This document shows, in pieces, positions 19,714-34,984 of a stretch of DNA of 64,000 nt. The notes under the pieces are model-generated. The model did no database searches, was not told the origin of the DNA, and was given only the letters and a program-made list of their open reading frames with translations. Position numbers and translations under genes: made by a program. Origin of the DNA: the human T2T-CHM13v2.0 reference genome, Homo sapiens; assembly GCF_009914755.1 (NCBI RefSeq), contig NC_060926.1; one strand, 5' to 3'. The first letter of the stretch is position 1, and the number at the start of each line of letters is the position of its first letter.

Positions 19714-21199
19714 TTATCTCAAAGGGTCACTAAAGAAAAACTTGATAGTTCTATTGATTCGATGTATATAAGATGATTTTTAAATGTAACATCCCAAATA
19801 TATTAATAATTATTGAATTCAAATATTAGTAACTATGACATTCTATATGCTTATCCCCCATAAATATGCAAGACAAATCAGTATTAATATAATAACAAGA
19901 CCATGATTGACCTCAGAATCATATGATGAGAACTTTTACAAAAATCAGGAAAACACATTAGAATGCTGAAGATGATACTCTGTATGTCTACAATACTAAC
20001 ATGTTTTCAAGACAGTGTCAAATATATTCTCCAATCTGATTCTCATAACACGTAATCTCTAAAGATTGTAATGCACGGGTTTGCTTTTTTGTAATTTGCA
20101 CTTACACATAAGAAACCTGAGTAACAGTGATGTAAAAAAAATTTCCCAAGGTTACTCCTCTTGTGACAAAGCCATGTATGAATCTAAGTTTTTAGTTCAG
20201 GGAGTTGTGCTTCGTTAAAGGATTGCATTCTTCCTATATTTGAATTATCTGTTCTCACATTTAAACAAAATGAGACACAAAGATGAACACCCCCAATAAT
20301 CACAAAATGGCAACACAAGCCATTTATCAAATGCTTATCTGTATTATGGACTGGATTAAAAGTATTACATACATTATTTCTCATAATTATTACCATTATC
20401 CTATGAGGCTATTCTTATCTCCATTTTACAGTTGGACATCTTGAAGTTAGTATGCAAAAGATCCAGAATTCATATCCAGATTGGATAACTTTTAAATCTA
20501 AGCTCTTAATTTTGATTGTAATTATTTTGAGTAAAGCAAACATAATTAGAAAATTTGGGGCAGTTATTATTTGAAGTAGTAGATCTTTATAATCAAGGTG
20601 ACTTTAAGATAATTTCATCTTAATTTGATATTCAAATACCATTAGCGCATATAGAAAAGGTACTGCAATAGTTGATCATTTTTGTTTTAATAAATTTCAG
20701 TGCTCCACTTTACTTTCTTTCTTGGTAGTGGTAAAAGATGATATCAAGAATATATTAGGGAATCTGTTTCAATATTGTGATCTGTGCTTATGCTAATAAA
20801 TTACTTTGTCTCTCCAAAATTTCAGTGAAAATAATGGTAAACAAAAATAGAGAGACAAACAATAAAAGTGTGAAAAACTAGAAAAACTGTATCATCTGCA
20901 AGCCAAAAGCATTTCAGAATTTCTGCAAGATATGCATATGAAGAGCCTAGATTGAGAGAAACACCAATCAACTCATTATTCATAATATGCAAAGTAAGAG
21001 CCCAGTAGTAAAATAAATGGGCAAAATCACTAGAGGATTTTTATTGCCAACTGTAAGATTATATCTAGCAGTTGCAGGTAGACTTGGACAATCATTTGGG
21101 GCCAAGTCCTGATACTGCCTGTGTCTTCTGTAATTCACAAAGTTAATGAGTTTACACACAGACAAAATACACTGTAGTCATCACATATAACTTATTTTT

Positions 21200-21630
21200 G
21201 GGGGACGGGTTTTCCCTGGAAGCAGATTGAGAGACAGAGATTAATATTTATAATATTTATTAGGAAATGTCTCTTGAGGACATTATCTGTGGAGGAGATG
21301 AGAAGGACAGCAAATTATGCAGGAGAAGTTGAGCTGTGATGAAGGCCCAATTATGACTTTAGCCAACCCAGTGGGAAGCTCTGGAGCTAGAATGCTATTT
21401 CTGAGTTGTCCTAAAGGGAGCCAAGATGGTCAGGCCTTTATGATCTTACACCAGTCAGTCATTGAATATGGATCTTCTTGGGAAGTGCTGTGGCCTTGAG
21501 AACAGTCACTCTGTGTAATTAAGGCAATTCCTGGAGGAACTAATACCTGAAAACTGCTTGCTAACCACACTCTTCACGACCAAGGCCACAGACCTTTTCT
21601 TGAACGGAAACCTGGGAAGCACATCACAGT
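21200..21630 (-). mobile_element. Old ERVL-type LTR (LTR40-like)
   Basis: gggttttccctggaagcagattgaga...tttattagg...gagaagttgagctgtgatgaaggccc resembles antisense LTR40/LTR16-class sequence. Recognised from memory only. Confidence 0.45.
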
Positions 21631-22454
21631 GCTTAACACACTGACTCAGGGCATAACAAGGCTGCTGCATGGGGTCAAAAAAAAAAAGTGGGGTCAAAAA
21701 TAAAAACATTTTCTGCTGAGAATACACATTCATGAGAGAAGGAAACAGAAGCAGCTATGAATTACACGGAAGAAAAACACACTGGTCCACAGACGAAGCT
21801 ATCTGCCACAGCTGCCTCCATTTGTAGCTCAACTCTACTCTGCAAATGGAGGCTAAAGGACCTCTGCACTAGAAAAATAAAACTTCAGAAGGTCTAACCT
21901 TTTCTCTTCCCTATTTATGCCAATATAAAATATTAGAAGAGAGTCATAAATGTGATAGAATTCCTCCTAGCTCCTGAGCTGTGTGATAGCCTATAGACTA
22001 TCATATGTAAGGTTGATCAAAGAGAAAAAAAAAGCACTAGCCAAATAAAGAGATTCAGCAATTTTTTAAAACAAGACACCTCTGAACAACAAGAGCAAAT
22101 ATATTGACAGAACTGTTGTAAGGACCACTAGAAAATTGTTACTCTCAAGATGTGAGAGGACACTGGATTTATGAACTGGGGAAAAGGTGAAATTAGAAAT
22201 GTATGCTTGGATAAAAACACAGTTGGAGAAATTTTTAAAAATGAAATAATGCAAGTCATGGGCAGCACACTAAACATAAGAAACCAATTTATGGAATTGA
22301 ACAGCAAGTTAAAATGTATTAAATTCAGTATGAAAGAATGACAACATGAATAGGAAGATACATAGATAACAGACATAGAGTAGCAAGCTAAAATAGATAC
22401 CACATTTATACAAGGAAAAACTCCAAAAGTAAAGGGTAGAGCATTTGACAGATA

Positions 22455-22532
22455 TGTATGTGTGTGTGTGTGTGTGTGTATATCTCATAGATATATATAT
22501 CTATATGTGTATATATATATACACATATACAT
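22455..22532. repeat. (TG)n/(TA)n tract
   Basis: Visible dinucleotide runs. Confidence 0.9.
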
Positions 22533-22741
22533 AGATGAAATAGTAAAAGTATATAAAATAAATACAAAAGTTGAAAAAATTAAACACAGGAAAGCCCTTT
22601 TATTTTTTCATCGTATATATTTTATAATTTTGATTATATATGATCATTTTATAACAAAAGCAGTGAATGAAATACAGAAACAATATTTGAACGAATTAAA
22701 ATCTTCTAGTCATTGGAGTTTTTCTCTTAAAAGTTGTATGT

Positions 22742-23087
<346 letters not shown>

Positions 23088-26000
23088 TTAAGTGGCAGAA
23101 GGCAATAATAGCTTGAGAGCTTTTTTAAAAATATATTCTGAGCATGTGTTTCAAAGATTATTATTCTTTCGAAAAAAAATTTAAGATCAAAATTTGTCAA
23201 ATTCCATCACTGTAACAGCTCATTCAGTATGCCACCTTTCATCCATAGACCTCCACCTGCTTCAGGTTGGGTAAACAATGTTAAAAATTTGGCCTCTTAA
23301 AATCCATATTCAGACCCTCTCTGTTGATGATATATATTTTACCTCTTCTTTCAGTGTATATTTATTCTTTTGTTTCTCTTAAACCCAACTTTTAGAATTA
23401 ATGTCTAAGCACTGTAACATTGAACAGTTTTGTTCCTAGGGATATAAGGTCCTTTTCTCCATATTATTCTGTTACAATTGAGAATGTAAAGACGGGGAAC
23501 AGAATTATAGTCATGACAGGTTTTATGTCTCATTTTAACAAGGCTATTTACAAAAATTATTTTCTAACACTGTATTTCCAACAATCTTAATTTCAACTCC
23601 TGCTCTCAAATTTTTTCAAGATTCATTACTTTCCTTATCTTTAGTTCTATGGAGAACAGAGACACTAGAAATATGATACTAGGTTCATTCTGTTTTAACT
23701 TTTACAGCTAAAAAGTTAAACCAAGCTGAAACATTGCACTATAAAGAAATCTATGAAACTAAAGGTCTTGCTTCAACTGAGTCTTTGAAAATTATCAAAC
23801 AATGAAAAGCTCTGAAATTTTAAGCCGGGAATAACTAGAATTAAAATTTTCTTTTTTCATTGTTGCCAAATTCTTTCCTATTTCCATTAAAAGTCACAGA
23901 TTTATATGAGGTGAAATGCAGATATTCCAGAAAATTAAACATATGTTTCACTAACATTTTGCTATTTCACTCTAATGGACACATTCTATTTTAGGGTGAT
24001 GGTAAAAAATTCAAATCTCCAAGCAGTTAAATTAATCTTAAATAATTTCATTTTCACAGTGAAGCAACTTATGCAGACAGTTGGAAGAATTAAGGATCTC
24101 TTCTCTTTCCCTCATTCTTCTTTCTTATCAAAAATTACTTGAGTTATGCCTCATTTTAAACAGAAAAAGAATTTAGAGGGAGCTAGTTTATCTGACAAAG
24201 CAATTCAAATTAATTTAATAATGAATGTACTCATCATTAACTGGCAAATCTGATTTTATAAAAATAATAAAATTTTTCATTTTAAAATATACATCTTTCC
24301 CAGAGACAATTAGGAATGCTGCATAAAAATCAGGGTAGGTAGGATTAAGCTAATTTTTTTCTACTTGTATATTTCTTTTCCACTAAATCTCTAAGCATAC
24401 AAAGCTTAAAAGAATGGTTTCAATGTTGTTAGTTCTTATATTTAGACCTGCAGTTCATTGCTAATACAGTACAACACTCAAGTGCTCTTCGCTTAAGGAA
24501 GACATTGATGCAGATATAAACCTCCAAGAGGGATTTCCCTTGCCTAGGTGACAGGACTCATGAGTGTATCAAATGTAATGACTCAGCTCAGACAATAAAA
24601 CATATGTTCCAGGAGCACATTTAATTAGGACAGGAACTGTTAGTGTGCAAGAGAGCAGAGCAGAATTAATGGCACAGTGTTTCTCTGTGGACTCCAAGGG
24701 GTTTATTTTCAAGTGATTAGAAAAGATCTGTCATGTACATTATGCCATCACGTTTCTGTCCTATTACCAAGACACCCTTAACTTGGGTTTGCATTTTCAT
24801 CCACACAAGTTTTTCTCTTCTATACTTCCCCAAATACCACTGAAGCTCTTTGTTATTTTTTTCCAAATTCTGTCCAGTGACTCCGTCATACTGCTGCAAA
24901 CATTATTAAAAGAAAAGTCATTTGCAAGCAAGCATTGATGGCTTCATTTAAAACTCCCCCTTGGATGTAATTGAGAACATTCAAAAATGTAAACTGAGAA
25001 ATTCAAAAACATAAATAAAAAGATCATTGATATGAATTGGGCTAATTGTTAAGGAGGCATTTACTAGAGATTATGCCAAATATGTAAATAACATGAAAAA
25101 GACTAAGCTACCTTACGGATACAATATGTTTTTGACCTTTTTGTGTCTTATTTTTTAAGCATTGAGGGTTTATGGATGTTTAGTCAAATGAAGCTTATTT
25201 CATGCAGCAATTGGAGATGTAAAAATTATTCAATTTACTATCCATAATGGAAAAAATTTGCAAATCTTATTACTATGGAATATTTCCCCTAATTTATATG
25301 ATCAAAGCCCTCAATAACAGTGATGTTTTTTGGGCATTTTTACTACATGCTAACATGCTTTGGCACCCAACTCATACCCTCCTCTCTTGGCCTGCAGCCA
25401 CTTACTTTATAGTGTCTACCTTCCTTTCTAACTTTTACTTCATGAACATAGGTAATTAGCTTTTCCTTGGATTGCTGTTGATTTCAGCTTGGCAAATGCA
25501 CTTTGAGAATGCCTTGGGTGTCTTGCAAAAGGGGAATGATTTGGCATATCTTAAAATGCTTAAGGGAAATGAATAGAGAGCTAAAATGAGAACTGGTATG
25601 AGAACTCAATTGAGTTGGGGACTTTCATTTAACTGCTATACTAAGAATGCGAGAAATTTAACCTCTCCAAATTTCATCATTCTTTTTTTCCCCCAATAAC
25701 TAGATATACAACTAGTTGGCATTGCCCCAAACACAAACCCTACATTAGCCAATTTACTTTTATATATGACACTTTGTTGCATTTGAACATTATAAATGAA
25801 GCCAACCCTTAACTTGTTGCATCTTCTGTAACAAAGGAGTTAGGCAAACAAAGAATGAAAAAGTATGCCAGAGAACAGGAGGGGAAGGTAAATTTGAAAA
25901 CAGAAATAATTTTAAAAAAGGGAATAGAAAGCCCTTACAATTGATTGTAGAAAGCAGTTTTCAGATGGCTCAGGAAGCAGTTTTATTTGAGTAGTTACAG

Positions 26001-26332
26001 CAGTTCAAAAGCTGTTGGTGAACTCCTATCAAGGATTGTGTGTATTTATAATTCAATGAGGAAACAAAAGTTAGGAAGTAAAGAAGAAGAACCTCGCAGC
26101 AGAAATCCTTAAAACTCTCTGCCTTTAGTTCTCATATGGTTGACTAAATGTGGCAAGATTTTTACTCTATGCCCCTTTAAAGATATTTCGTTTCCTCACA
26201 TAAAATCCTCCTAAAAATAACCCTTAGTTATGTAAATAGAAAATCTTAATCTGCAGTCCAAAAACTCCCTAGAATTTTATGTGAAACTATCTTTGTCTAT
26301 ATTCACACCATGATTTTCTATGCCAAGAATCA

Positions 26333-26665
26333 AGACCTGTATTAGTAAGTACTGTGACCACTAGACGCACATGGCCATTGAGCATTTGATCTGTAGCTGA
26401 ATTGAGATGTCCTACAAGTTAAAAAACAAAACAAAACAATACCACTGGATTTTAAAATTTTAATATAAAAAATAAAATATCTCAATGACCTTTTTTACCA
26501 ATTGCATACTAAAATACAATATTTTAGACATATTGAGCTAAATAAAATATTAAATTTTATTTTATCAGTTTTTTTTTAATTTGTATGTTGTTGCTACTGA
26601 AAACATAAAATTCCACATGTGGCTCATATTTATGTCTCCCATTATACTTCTATTGGACAGCATTC
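26333..26665. mobile_element. MER33/MER3-like hAT-Charlie non-autonomous DNA element
   Basis: ccactagacgcacatggccattgagcattt...gtggctcatatt...ttctattggacagca. Confidence 0.65.
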
Positions 26666-28227
26666 ATCTAAAGCTTCATTAATTTCACAGATTCCTTGGT
26701 CTATTAAAGAAGAAGAAGCAAAGGCTCCCGAGGTTCTCTTTATGTTAAGAGCTTCTGTATTCAAGAAGTGTGTCCTATTGTGGATGCTAAAACAATACTT
26801 GCTAATGTATGTGATCTGTGAAAAATGTGGAAAACACTTTGTCAAGGGGCATAAAAAAGCTGTTTGAGTTTTTATTAAGGAGATTGGTTTCTGACATATC
26901 AGGCTTTTCTGAGACTTACACTACTCAGGGAAAATTGTCAGTATGAAGGAAGATGCATGTGAGAAGTTCTGAATGTGCCTTGGCAGAGACATAGATTCAT
27001 TAGGGGCTGCGTGCCTCACTGGTGAGCACTGAGTGTCTACCTGTCAGCATCTCACACCTCACTGAACTCAGACTCCCAGGTGGCCACTCCAATCATTCTC
27101 TGCCTCACTCTCCCTCCTGCTCTGATAGAGCTCTCTCCTTGGTTTTGCCCAGGAGCCCACATAGCTCACTTACATACATTACTGACTTAATAAAGATAAT
27201 CAGTGTGGTCCTCTTGGGATGTTTGTTTCTCTAGGCAAGGCTGAAAATGTGTACTTATTCCTCATTAATTTGTACATGACTACTGTTTCTAGCTGACTCT
27301 TGGAAGTTATCTATTTAGTAAAGAATAGAAGAGCAAATACTTTGATACAGAATTTGAACCTTAAATAAAGAAGCAGAGGTCGGTTGTTAGGTTAGGCTGT
27401 GCAAAACTGAAAAAAAAATCATAATAGGAGTTTATTAAGCTAAAAATAGGATACTAAGATTATAATTAAAGGACTATTAAATAAATAGAATTTGCTTTTC
27501 ACTTTGCATTTTTCTGTTCTTAAAATAGAATACAAAAATGCCAGGCTACAATGTCACCAAGAAAATTCTATACTGTTTTATCCTTTCTCTCTTTTCTCTC
27601 TTTTTTCTTTTTAACAAGGAGAATTATTTGCAAAGAAAATGAAGATTCCATAATCCTCTGAATGAAATACTGTATCTGCTATACTGTTAGCCTATTTCAG
27701 AATGGGAGTTCAACTAAGAAGAGAGACACCGATTGACTGACTACATTTATGAGAAAGGTCCAGAAGCCCTCATTCATTTTAAGATCTCATTTTTAGTGAA
27801 CTATGCCTATTATCAGTTGATACTACATTTTGCATTTACTAAACCAATCTATAAGACATATATGATATATATTCACACATATATAATATTCTCCGTAAAT
27901 AATTGAGGAAGAATATGCAAAAAACTAAGCACAATGGTTGTCTGTTAAAAGAACAGCCTGGGTGGCTCAGGAGCAGAGGTGGTTGGATATTATTTTCCTT
28001 TGCACATTGTGTACCATTGTTTATATTATTAAAAATAAATTAAAATAATATTGCTAATGCCCAATTACTGTCATACTATCCCTACCATTATCAATTCTCA
28101 GCTGCTATATTTTCTTCCCTTGCCATAGTCTTTATTTGTTGGTGTATTTCTCCATCATTAATTTAAAATTAGTTTTCTTCTCTTCTCACCTTCCATTTAT
28201 TCAACAGGTTGAACACATTCATGCACT

Positions 28228-28366
28228 GTTTTTTAAGTTTTACTGAGAAATAATTGGTATACGAAAAACTGTTCGCATATTTACTGTGTATGATTTGGTA
28301 AGTTTGGACATGTGCAAATACCTGTGAAATCATCACCACAATCAAGGTAATAGACTAGACTACGTC

Positions 28367-28405
<39 letters not shown>

Positions 28406-28950
28406 GTATATGTGTGTATGTGTAGTAAGAATACTTAACATGAGATCTACCCTATTAAATTCTGGAGTACACAATACCATATTGTTAATGGTAAGTACTA
28501 TGTTGTACAGTAGACTCCTCGAATTTATTCATCTGGCATTGTTGAAACTTTATACTCATTGAACAATAACTCCCCATTCCCCCACAATCTCAATCCCCTG
28601 GCAACCCCTATTGTATTTACTAATTCTATAAGTTTGACCATGATAGATGCCTCATATAATTGGAATAATGCAATATTATCTAACAAATCCACTTTTGGTT
28701 ATATTTCCAAAAATACTGGAATCAGGTTCTCAAAGAGGTTCATTGTAGCATTATTCATAATAGCCAAAATGTGGAACAACCCAAGTGTTCATCAACAGTT
28801 GAATGGATAAAGAAAATGTGGTATAAACATACAGTGGAATATTATTCAGCCTTAAAGAGGAAAATCCTGCTGTTTGCGACAGCATGGATGAACACAGAGA
28901 ACATTAAACTAAATCAAGTCAGTCAGTCACAGAAAAACAAAGATTGCATT
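28228..28950 (-). mobile_element. Old L1M 3' element with 5' inversion
   Basis: Antisense 3'UTR from 28228 to about 28675, containing a (TG)n at 28368-28423, joined to a sense segment (atggataaagaaaatgtggtat) from about 28680 to 28950. Confidence 0.75.
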
Positions 28951-29433
28951 TCATGTTCTTTTTAAAACATCCTTTAGGGAAAAGAAGATTGGAATAGACC
29001 TAGGCATTGTGTGTAAGTTTAGGGAACAGAAAGATCTTGTTTGTTGTTGTTGTTGTTGTTGACTATAATGCAGATCAAACATTTTTTTAAAAAAATATTT
29101 CTCACTACTTTCTTATTTTCATGTCCTTTAGTATGTATCCACCTTAATGTTTCTAAACATGAAGAAATTTACAGCATAATGTCCTTGCTTTTAAAGGAAT
29201 TTTACCAAATTGAGTATCTCAAGGAAATACACATGTAGGCAAGAAGGATGAAAAATTTAACCAGCACAAAAAACTGCAAAGAAGAATATTAAAAGTTAGA
29301 TGTAGCTCAGGTTTCTCTGATTAATTTTTTAAATTGATGACTGGCTTTATGCCACCTTCACCACCTAACGCCTTCTGGTAATTATGAAAGGAATTCACAA
29401 AAGTTGTGTGATTGGGGCCTGCAAAGGATGTGA

Positions 29434-29879
<446 letters not shown>

Positions 29880-30049
29880 ACTTTTTTGTATCTTAGTTTC
29901 TTCATTCACTAAATAGAGATAGTAATTATACTTCAAGGGTTTTCTGTGTGAACTAAATGAGCGAATACCTGAGAAGCATGTATAATAATTGAGTAACAAC
30001 ACAATAGGTGCTAAGTATTCATCATTTTTCTTCTATTTAACCCCCACCC

Positions 30050-30320
30050 TTTTTATTGTAAATTGACAATTTACAGTTATATAAATGTATGAGGTACAAA
30101 GAGATGTTATAATTTTAAGTACAATGTGGAATATTTAAATCAAGCTAGTTAACATATCCATCACTTCAAATTCTTAAGATTTTTTGCAGTGAGAACATTT
30201 GAAATTAACTCACTTACTAATTTTGAAATGTAATATTCTATAATTAACTATATTCACCATGCTGTGCAATAGAACTCTAAAAAGAAAAAAAAGCATATTC
30301 CTTCTGAGATCTTATATCCT
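30050..30320 (-). mobile_element. L1MA-type 3' fragment
   Basis: tatgaggtacaaag...aacatatccatcac...gtgagaacatttgaaat...attcaccatgctgtgcaataga. Confidence 0.75.
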
Positions 30321-32034
30321 TCATCTCCACCCTACTTACAGATATTTATTGTAAGATTTCCTCTGCTGTCCATTCTGCACCAAGGTGACTAATTAGCACC
30401 TTTAATGCTCACATAGGACCTCTTCCCTATTAAAACCAATACTGAGCCTCCTAACGAGGTACTGAGGTGTGTCAGATTAGTGCTATGTACTTAATAGTCA
30501 TCTGTGTGCTGCAACTGTGTTGTCTGTAGATGTGAGGAGAATGCTTTCCTGCCCACGTTTTCTGTAATACTTTGTCACATACTCAAAGGCAAAGCTGCCT
30601 TTCTTCCTAGATACACAATCTTCAGTGAAGTTAGCTCTCTGAGTATTTTGCAAAGCTCCCAAGTTTAAAAATCTAAGAAATACTAACACATGCAAATTTA
30701 ATGCAAAAAATAAAGTGAGTCATTTTCTCCCTCTTATAAAAACCAAGATAAATACAGTTATTACCATGAAAAGAAATGTAGAATTGCTTTCTTTTATTAT
30801 GCCTCAACTTAAAGGGCCACATGCCTTATTTGAAAAGCTGAGTTTTTATTTCATGATGAGATATGTTTTTATATCACTTTTCAGGTAAAATATTCCTTAG
30901 AGCAAAAAGGGCATTTTTAGGGCTAATAGGTTCTGCTCTCATTAACACTAAAAGTTATGAATGCTTTTAGATTTTTACCTAGGGGAAAACATAGCAAATG
31001 CAAACTGTCAACTCATATATATACATCTGAAAATCTCAATCAAGCACTGTGAAGCCTTGTCAGGAAAAATACTTATCCTCTTGATTTAAAGAGTGTAACT
31101 TTTGTCCCTAGTGAAAAAGAAACTTTTAATTATTAAAAGCTTATACTGGTCCATAGTTGACATCTAATTTATTTTATCACATCAAATATGTTGTAAGATA
31201 TAAGAAATATTTTAGAATGTTCAGAATTATTTCACAGGTGTTTAGGATAACTGAGTACTGCTCTTAGTATTTTTGAATTACAAACATCTCAATTACTAGA
31301 AGTCTAATCAATGTCCATCAATACCAAATGAAGAGAATTTGTGGGACAGTGCAAAGTGTTCTTAATTGGCTTTGCGGATGCTTGAATTTATTTCCTGGTG
31401 CTCCAATAGAAGTTGTGACATTGGTGAATCCATTTAGCTTCTTCTCTTTCTAGTTTCCATGTCTAACAATTATAGACTTTGGCTAAATATGCTCTGTAGT
31501 CCACCTTAGAGGCAAACTATTCAGAGTTTTTTTCTTTCCCTGCCAAATTTCTGTGCATTTGAGTACTCAATAAAGAGAAGAATTTTATAAAATGCAGCTG
31601 AGTAATAGAAGACATGGTCCACCTCACAAGGAATCAAATAATGCAAATCACTATGTGTTTAATGATTTATAGATTTTAGCATTTCCACTGACAATTAGCA
31701 AAGAAGAAAAAGGCTAATTATAACTAGTATAGGCATGGACATAGGAAAATGGGCACTTTCTAAAACTGCTGAAACAAGTATACATATTAGTAAAGTATTT
31801 ATAGATAGTAATTTTCCAAAATGAATAAAAAGCAATAAAAAATCTTTTAATCTAATAATCTAGATTCTCAGAATTTACGCTGAGATGATAGGTACATTTA
31901 CAAAGGTAATTTACATTTATACTTAAGAATATTTAGCATAAAATTCTTTATTATAGCCAAAGGAAAATACGAAATATGAAAACATAAATGAAGAATAGGA
32001 GATTAGTTACATGAATGTTGATGGGTCTCTGTAC

Positions 32035-32235
32035 AGTTAGGGCATGCATGGGCTTTATGAGTCAAAGAGCCTGATTCATTTCATGACTCTGAAGCTTTCT
32101 AGTATTATTTTCTTGTATAAATTGCTTAAGCACTCTAACTCTGTTTCTGACCCTTTAAAGTGGAATTAACAATGGTATCTTTATCAGAATGCTGTCATTA
32201 GAATTAAAGAAGATATGATTTGTACCGGCCCTTGC
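32035..32235 (+). mobile_element. MIR fragment
   Basis: gcatgggctttatgagtcaaagagcctg...ctctaactctgtttc...taaagtggaattaacaat. Confidence 0.5.
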
Positions 32236-32944
32236 ACTACTAACTGTCAATTTTAGTATAAATCCACATAATAGGCACTCTAGGAATCTGTTAATAGTGA
32301 TCATGCAAAGCTATGTCAATTCACATCAGAGGTCATTCTTAACTACTTGCTAAGTTTAAAAAAATAAACAGTTGCATGGCAGCAATGTAATACACAAAGT
32401 ACATTTTGATTTTAAATACAGTGAAAGAGAATAAAAAGCCTGCATATAAATATTTAATTTTTATTTTCTATTTTTTATATGATATTCACAGATAATTGTT
32501 AAATTTTTATAAAAATGAAGGATTTTTTTCCTTACTAAATTATATATAAGCCAAAGGTAAAGTAAGATACTGATAGTCATTGGATTATAAAGAAAAAAAT
32601 AGAATTTTTAATTATACCTACTTACACTGAAATGATCGAAATATAAAGCATGTATTTCCTAATCCAGTCTGCATTTATATCATATGAGACATCACCAGGG
32701 ATAGAATCAAACAAATGATAAAATACTTTAAACATTTTCAGAAAATACAAAGGTTGAGATAAATCAAGATTGCAAATTCTGTTATAAACACATAGAAACT
32801 TTGAATAATATTATATATATATATATCTTTTAACACATAACTTATAATACATAACTAATCAGGAGCAGGGTGTGGGGGAGAAAGACCTTCCTAGCAGACA
32901 GGAATGAAGAAAGATATCAAAGAGAGCACCAAAGTGGAACCTGA

Positions 32945-33305
32945 AACCAAGCAGAGAATGTTGGTTACCAGTGACTCTGGAAGGTTACGGGAGGGGGAGG
33001 ATGGGAAGAGGTTGGTTAAATGGTCCAAAGTTACAGTTTAATAACAGAAATACATTTGGTTGTTCTATTGTATTGCAGAGTAGAGTGACTATGGTTAACA
33101 GTAAAAAATATCTATCACATAACAGCTAACAGGGAACCTTTTAAGTTTCTCACCACAGATAAATGATAAATGCCTGAGGTAATAGATATATGAATTAACC
33201 TGACTGAATCAATTTTCAACATAGGTATGTGCTGAAACATCAGATTGTACCCCATAAATATGTACAATTTAAATGTGTCAATTTAATTTATTTTAAAAAA
33301 ATTAA
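32945..33305 (+). mobile_element. L1MA-type 3' fragment
   Basis: agagaatgttggttaccag...gaggttggttaaatggtccaaagttacagtt...gtaccccataaatatgtacaatt. Confidence 0.8.
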
Positions 33306-33960
33306 AAGAGAAAGAAATAGAAACCCAGACTCCCTCACTAGTAAATAAAGTACTCTGAAAGGTATATTTATGTGAAAACAGGGAAGGCTGCATTAAACAG
33401 GAGCACTCAGTTAAAAAGAATTATAATTTATAAACACCATGAAAACTCTAAGAGAGAGTATATTTACTATTTAGCAAATAGAAGCACAACTATGAAATAA
33501 CAGAATAAAAGCTATAAGAATTTAAAATAATTAAAGAAATATATGTAAAACAACAAACATAAGTAAAAGACACAATACAAAAAAAAAACAGAAAAAAGTC
33601 ATATTTGAAAAACAGAATTTCTAGAAATAAAATGAAATATGAAGTATTTGAAATTAAGATTCATCCACAGGAAAATGATTCAATAAATTATAGTATATTC
33701 AAGCATGGGAATTGGGATGAAAATGAAAAATGAATCAATCAGAGCTTTATGTAGTAAAAGGGACATTAAGTTTAAAGAAATAATAATAAATGATATATTC
33801 AGAATGATGCCAATAACATAAGACTAAAAACATCCAAAACAGCACCATATATAATTTAGAAATACATGTGCAATATCAGTGCCAACAAATGCATTTGAAC
33901 ATGAAATTCGGGGTGAGGTAGAAAAATGGGATTTAAAGAAAGATACAATGAGCCTTCAAC

Positions 33961-34124
33961 TTTTTTTTTTTTTTTTTTTGAGACAAGGTCTTACCCTGTC
34001 ACCCAGGCTAGAGTGCAGTGGCATAATGATGACTCACTGCAAGCTGGCCTCCCTAGCCCACGCAATTCTGCCACCTCCGCCTCCCAAAGTGATGGGACTA
34101 TAGATGTGAGCTACAGGGCCTGGC
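33961..34124 (-). mobile_element. Free Alu monomer (FRAM/FAM-like)
   Basis: T tail plus a single ~145-nt arm. Flanking tcaactt direct repeat. Confidence 0.8.
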
Positions 34125-34984
34125 TCAACTTCTTACTAAAGCTTTTATTTTTTTTTTTCTCAAGGTGTTTAGTGGGCCTTTTGCTTTTTAACATTTTTTA
34201 CTTTTGAAATATTTCATAATAACCTTTGTTACTATTCAACTAACCTTTAATATTTGTTATCAAACAGTAATAACAATTGTTATTAAATATACAAGTTATT
34301 AAACAAACCCTTAACATTTTAATTTAGTTTAATTCATAAACTAAAAGATATATCCAAGGAGGCATTACTTAACATTAGAAATCCTAGTAACACAGAGTCA
34401 TCACATTAATGCATTAAAAGAGAAATGATCAAATGTTGGCTAAAAGCAAAGGTTTTGCTTGTTCACTGCTGCATAACAAGATGTAAACTGTAGTACAGTT
34501 TTTATAAATGGGGAAGGGAGAAAGTGAAGAAGGAAGGTAATTATGAGGAGGGGAATCATCATATCAGTAAGGTGTCAAAAACTGGGCAAAGAATTGCATT
34601 AGTTAGAATAAGCTCAGTAGAATATGGACATTAAAGGCCAAGAAGATAACATTTTAAAACTAAAAATATAAATACACATAAATTTGATGTTGTATAGACA
34701 TCTTGATTATGGACTTGTTTTTCTTGTTTCTGACTTTAAAATTAATATTTCTATTTCATTATTGCTTATAATATTTGATAATTTTATAAAAGAGAAACTT
34801 TTCTTAAATGTATGAGTATAGTTTTTTTTGATACTGATATTTAACTTGATATACTTGCGGTCAGAGAAAGGAGTAACATTCTGCACTTGACTAGAAATAA
34901 ACCTATAATGTAAAATTCCTATCTTCCTATGGAATTTTTATCTACATCTTCTTTTCATTATTAAGATATTTATGTTTGTGATCC

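Noticed and set aside
23694-23720. 10-bp A/T hairpin tttaactttt/aaaagttaaa
   Set aside because: Expected by chance in AT-rich DNA.
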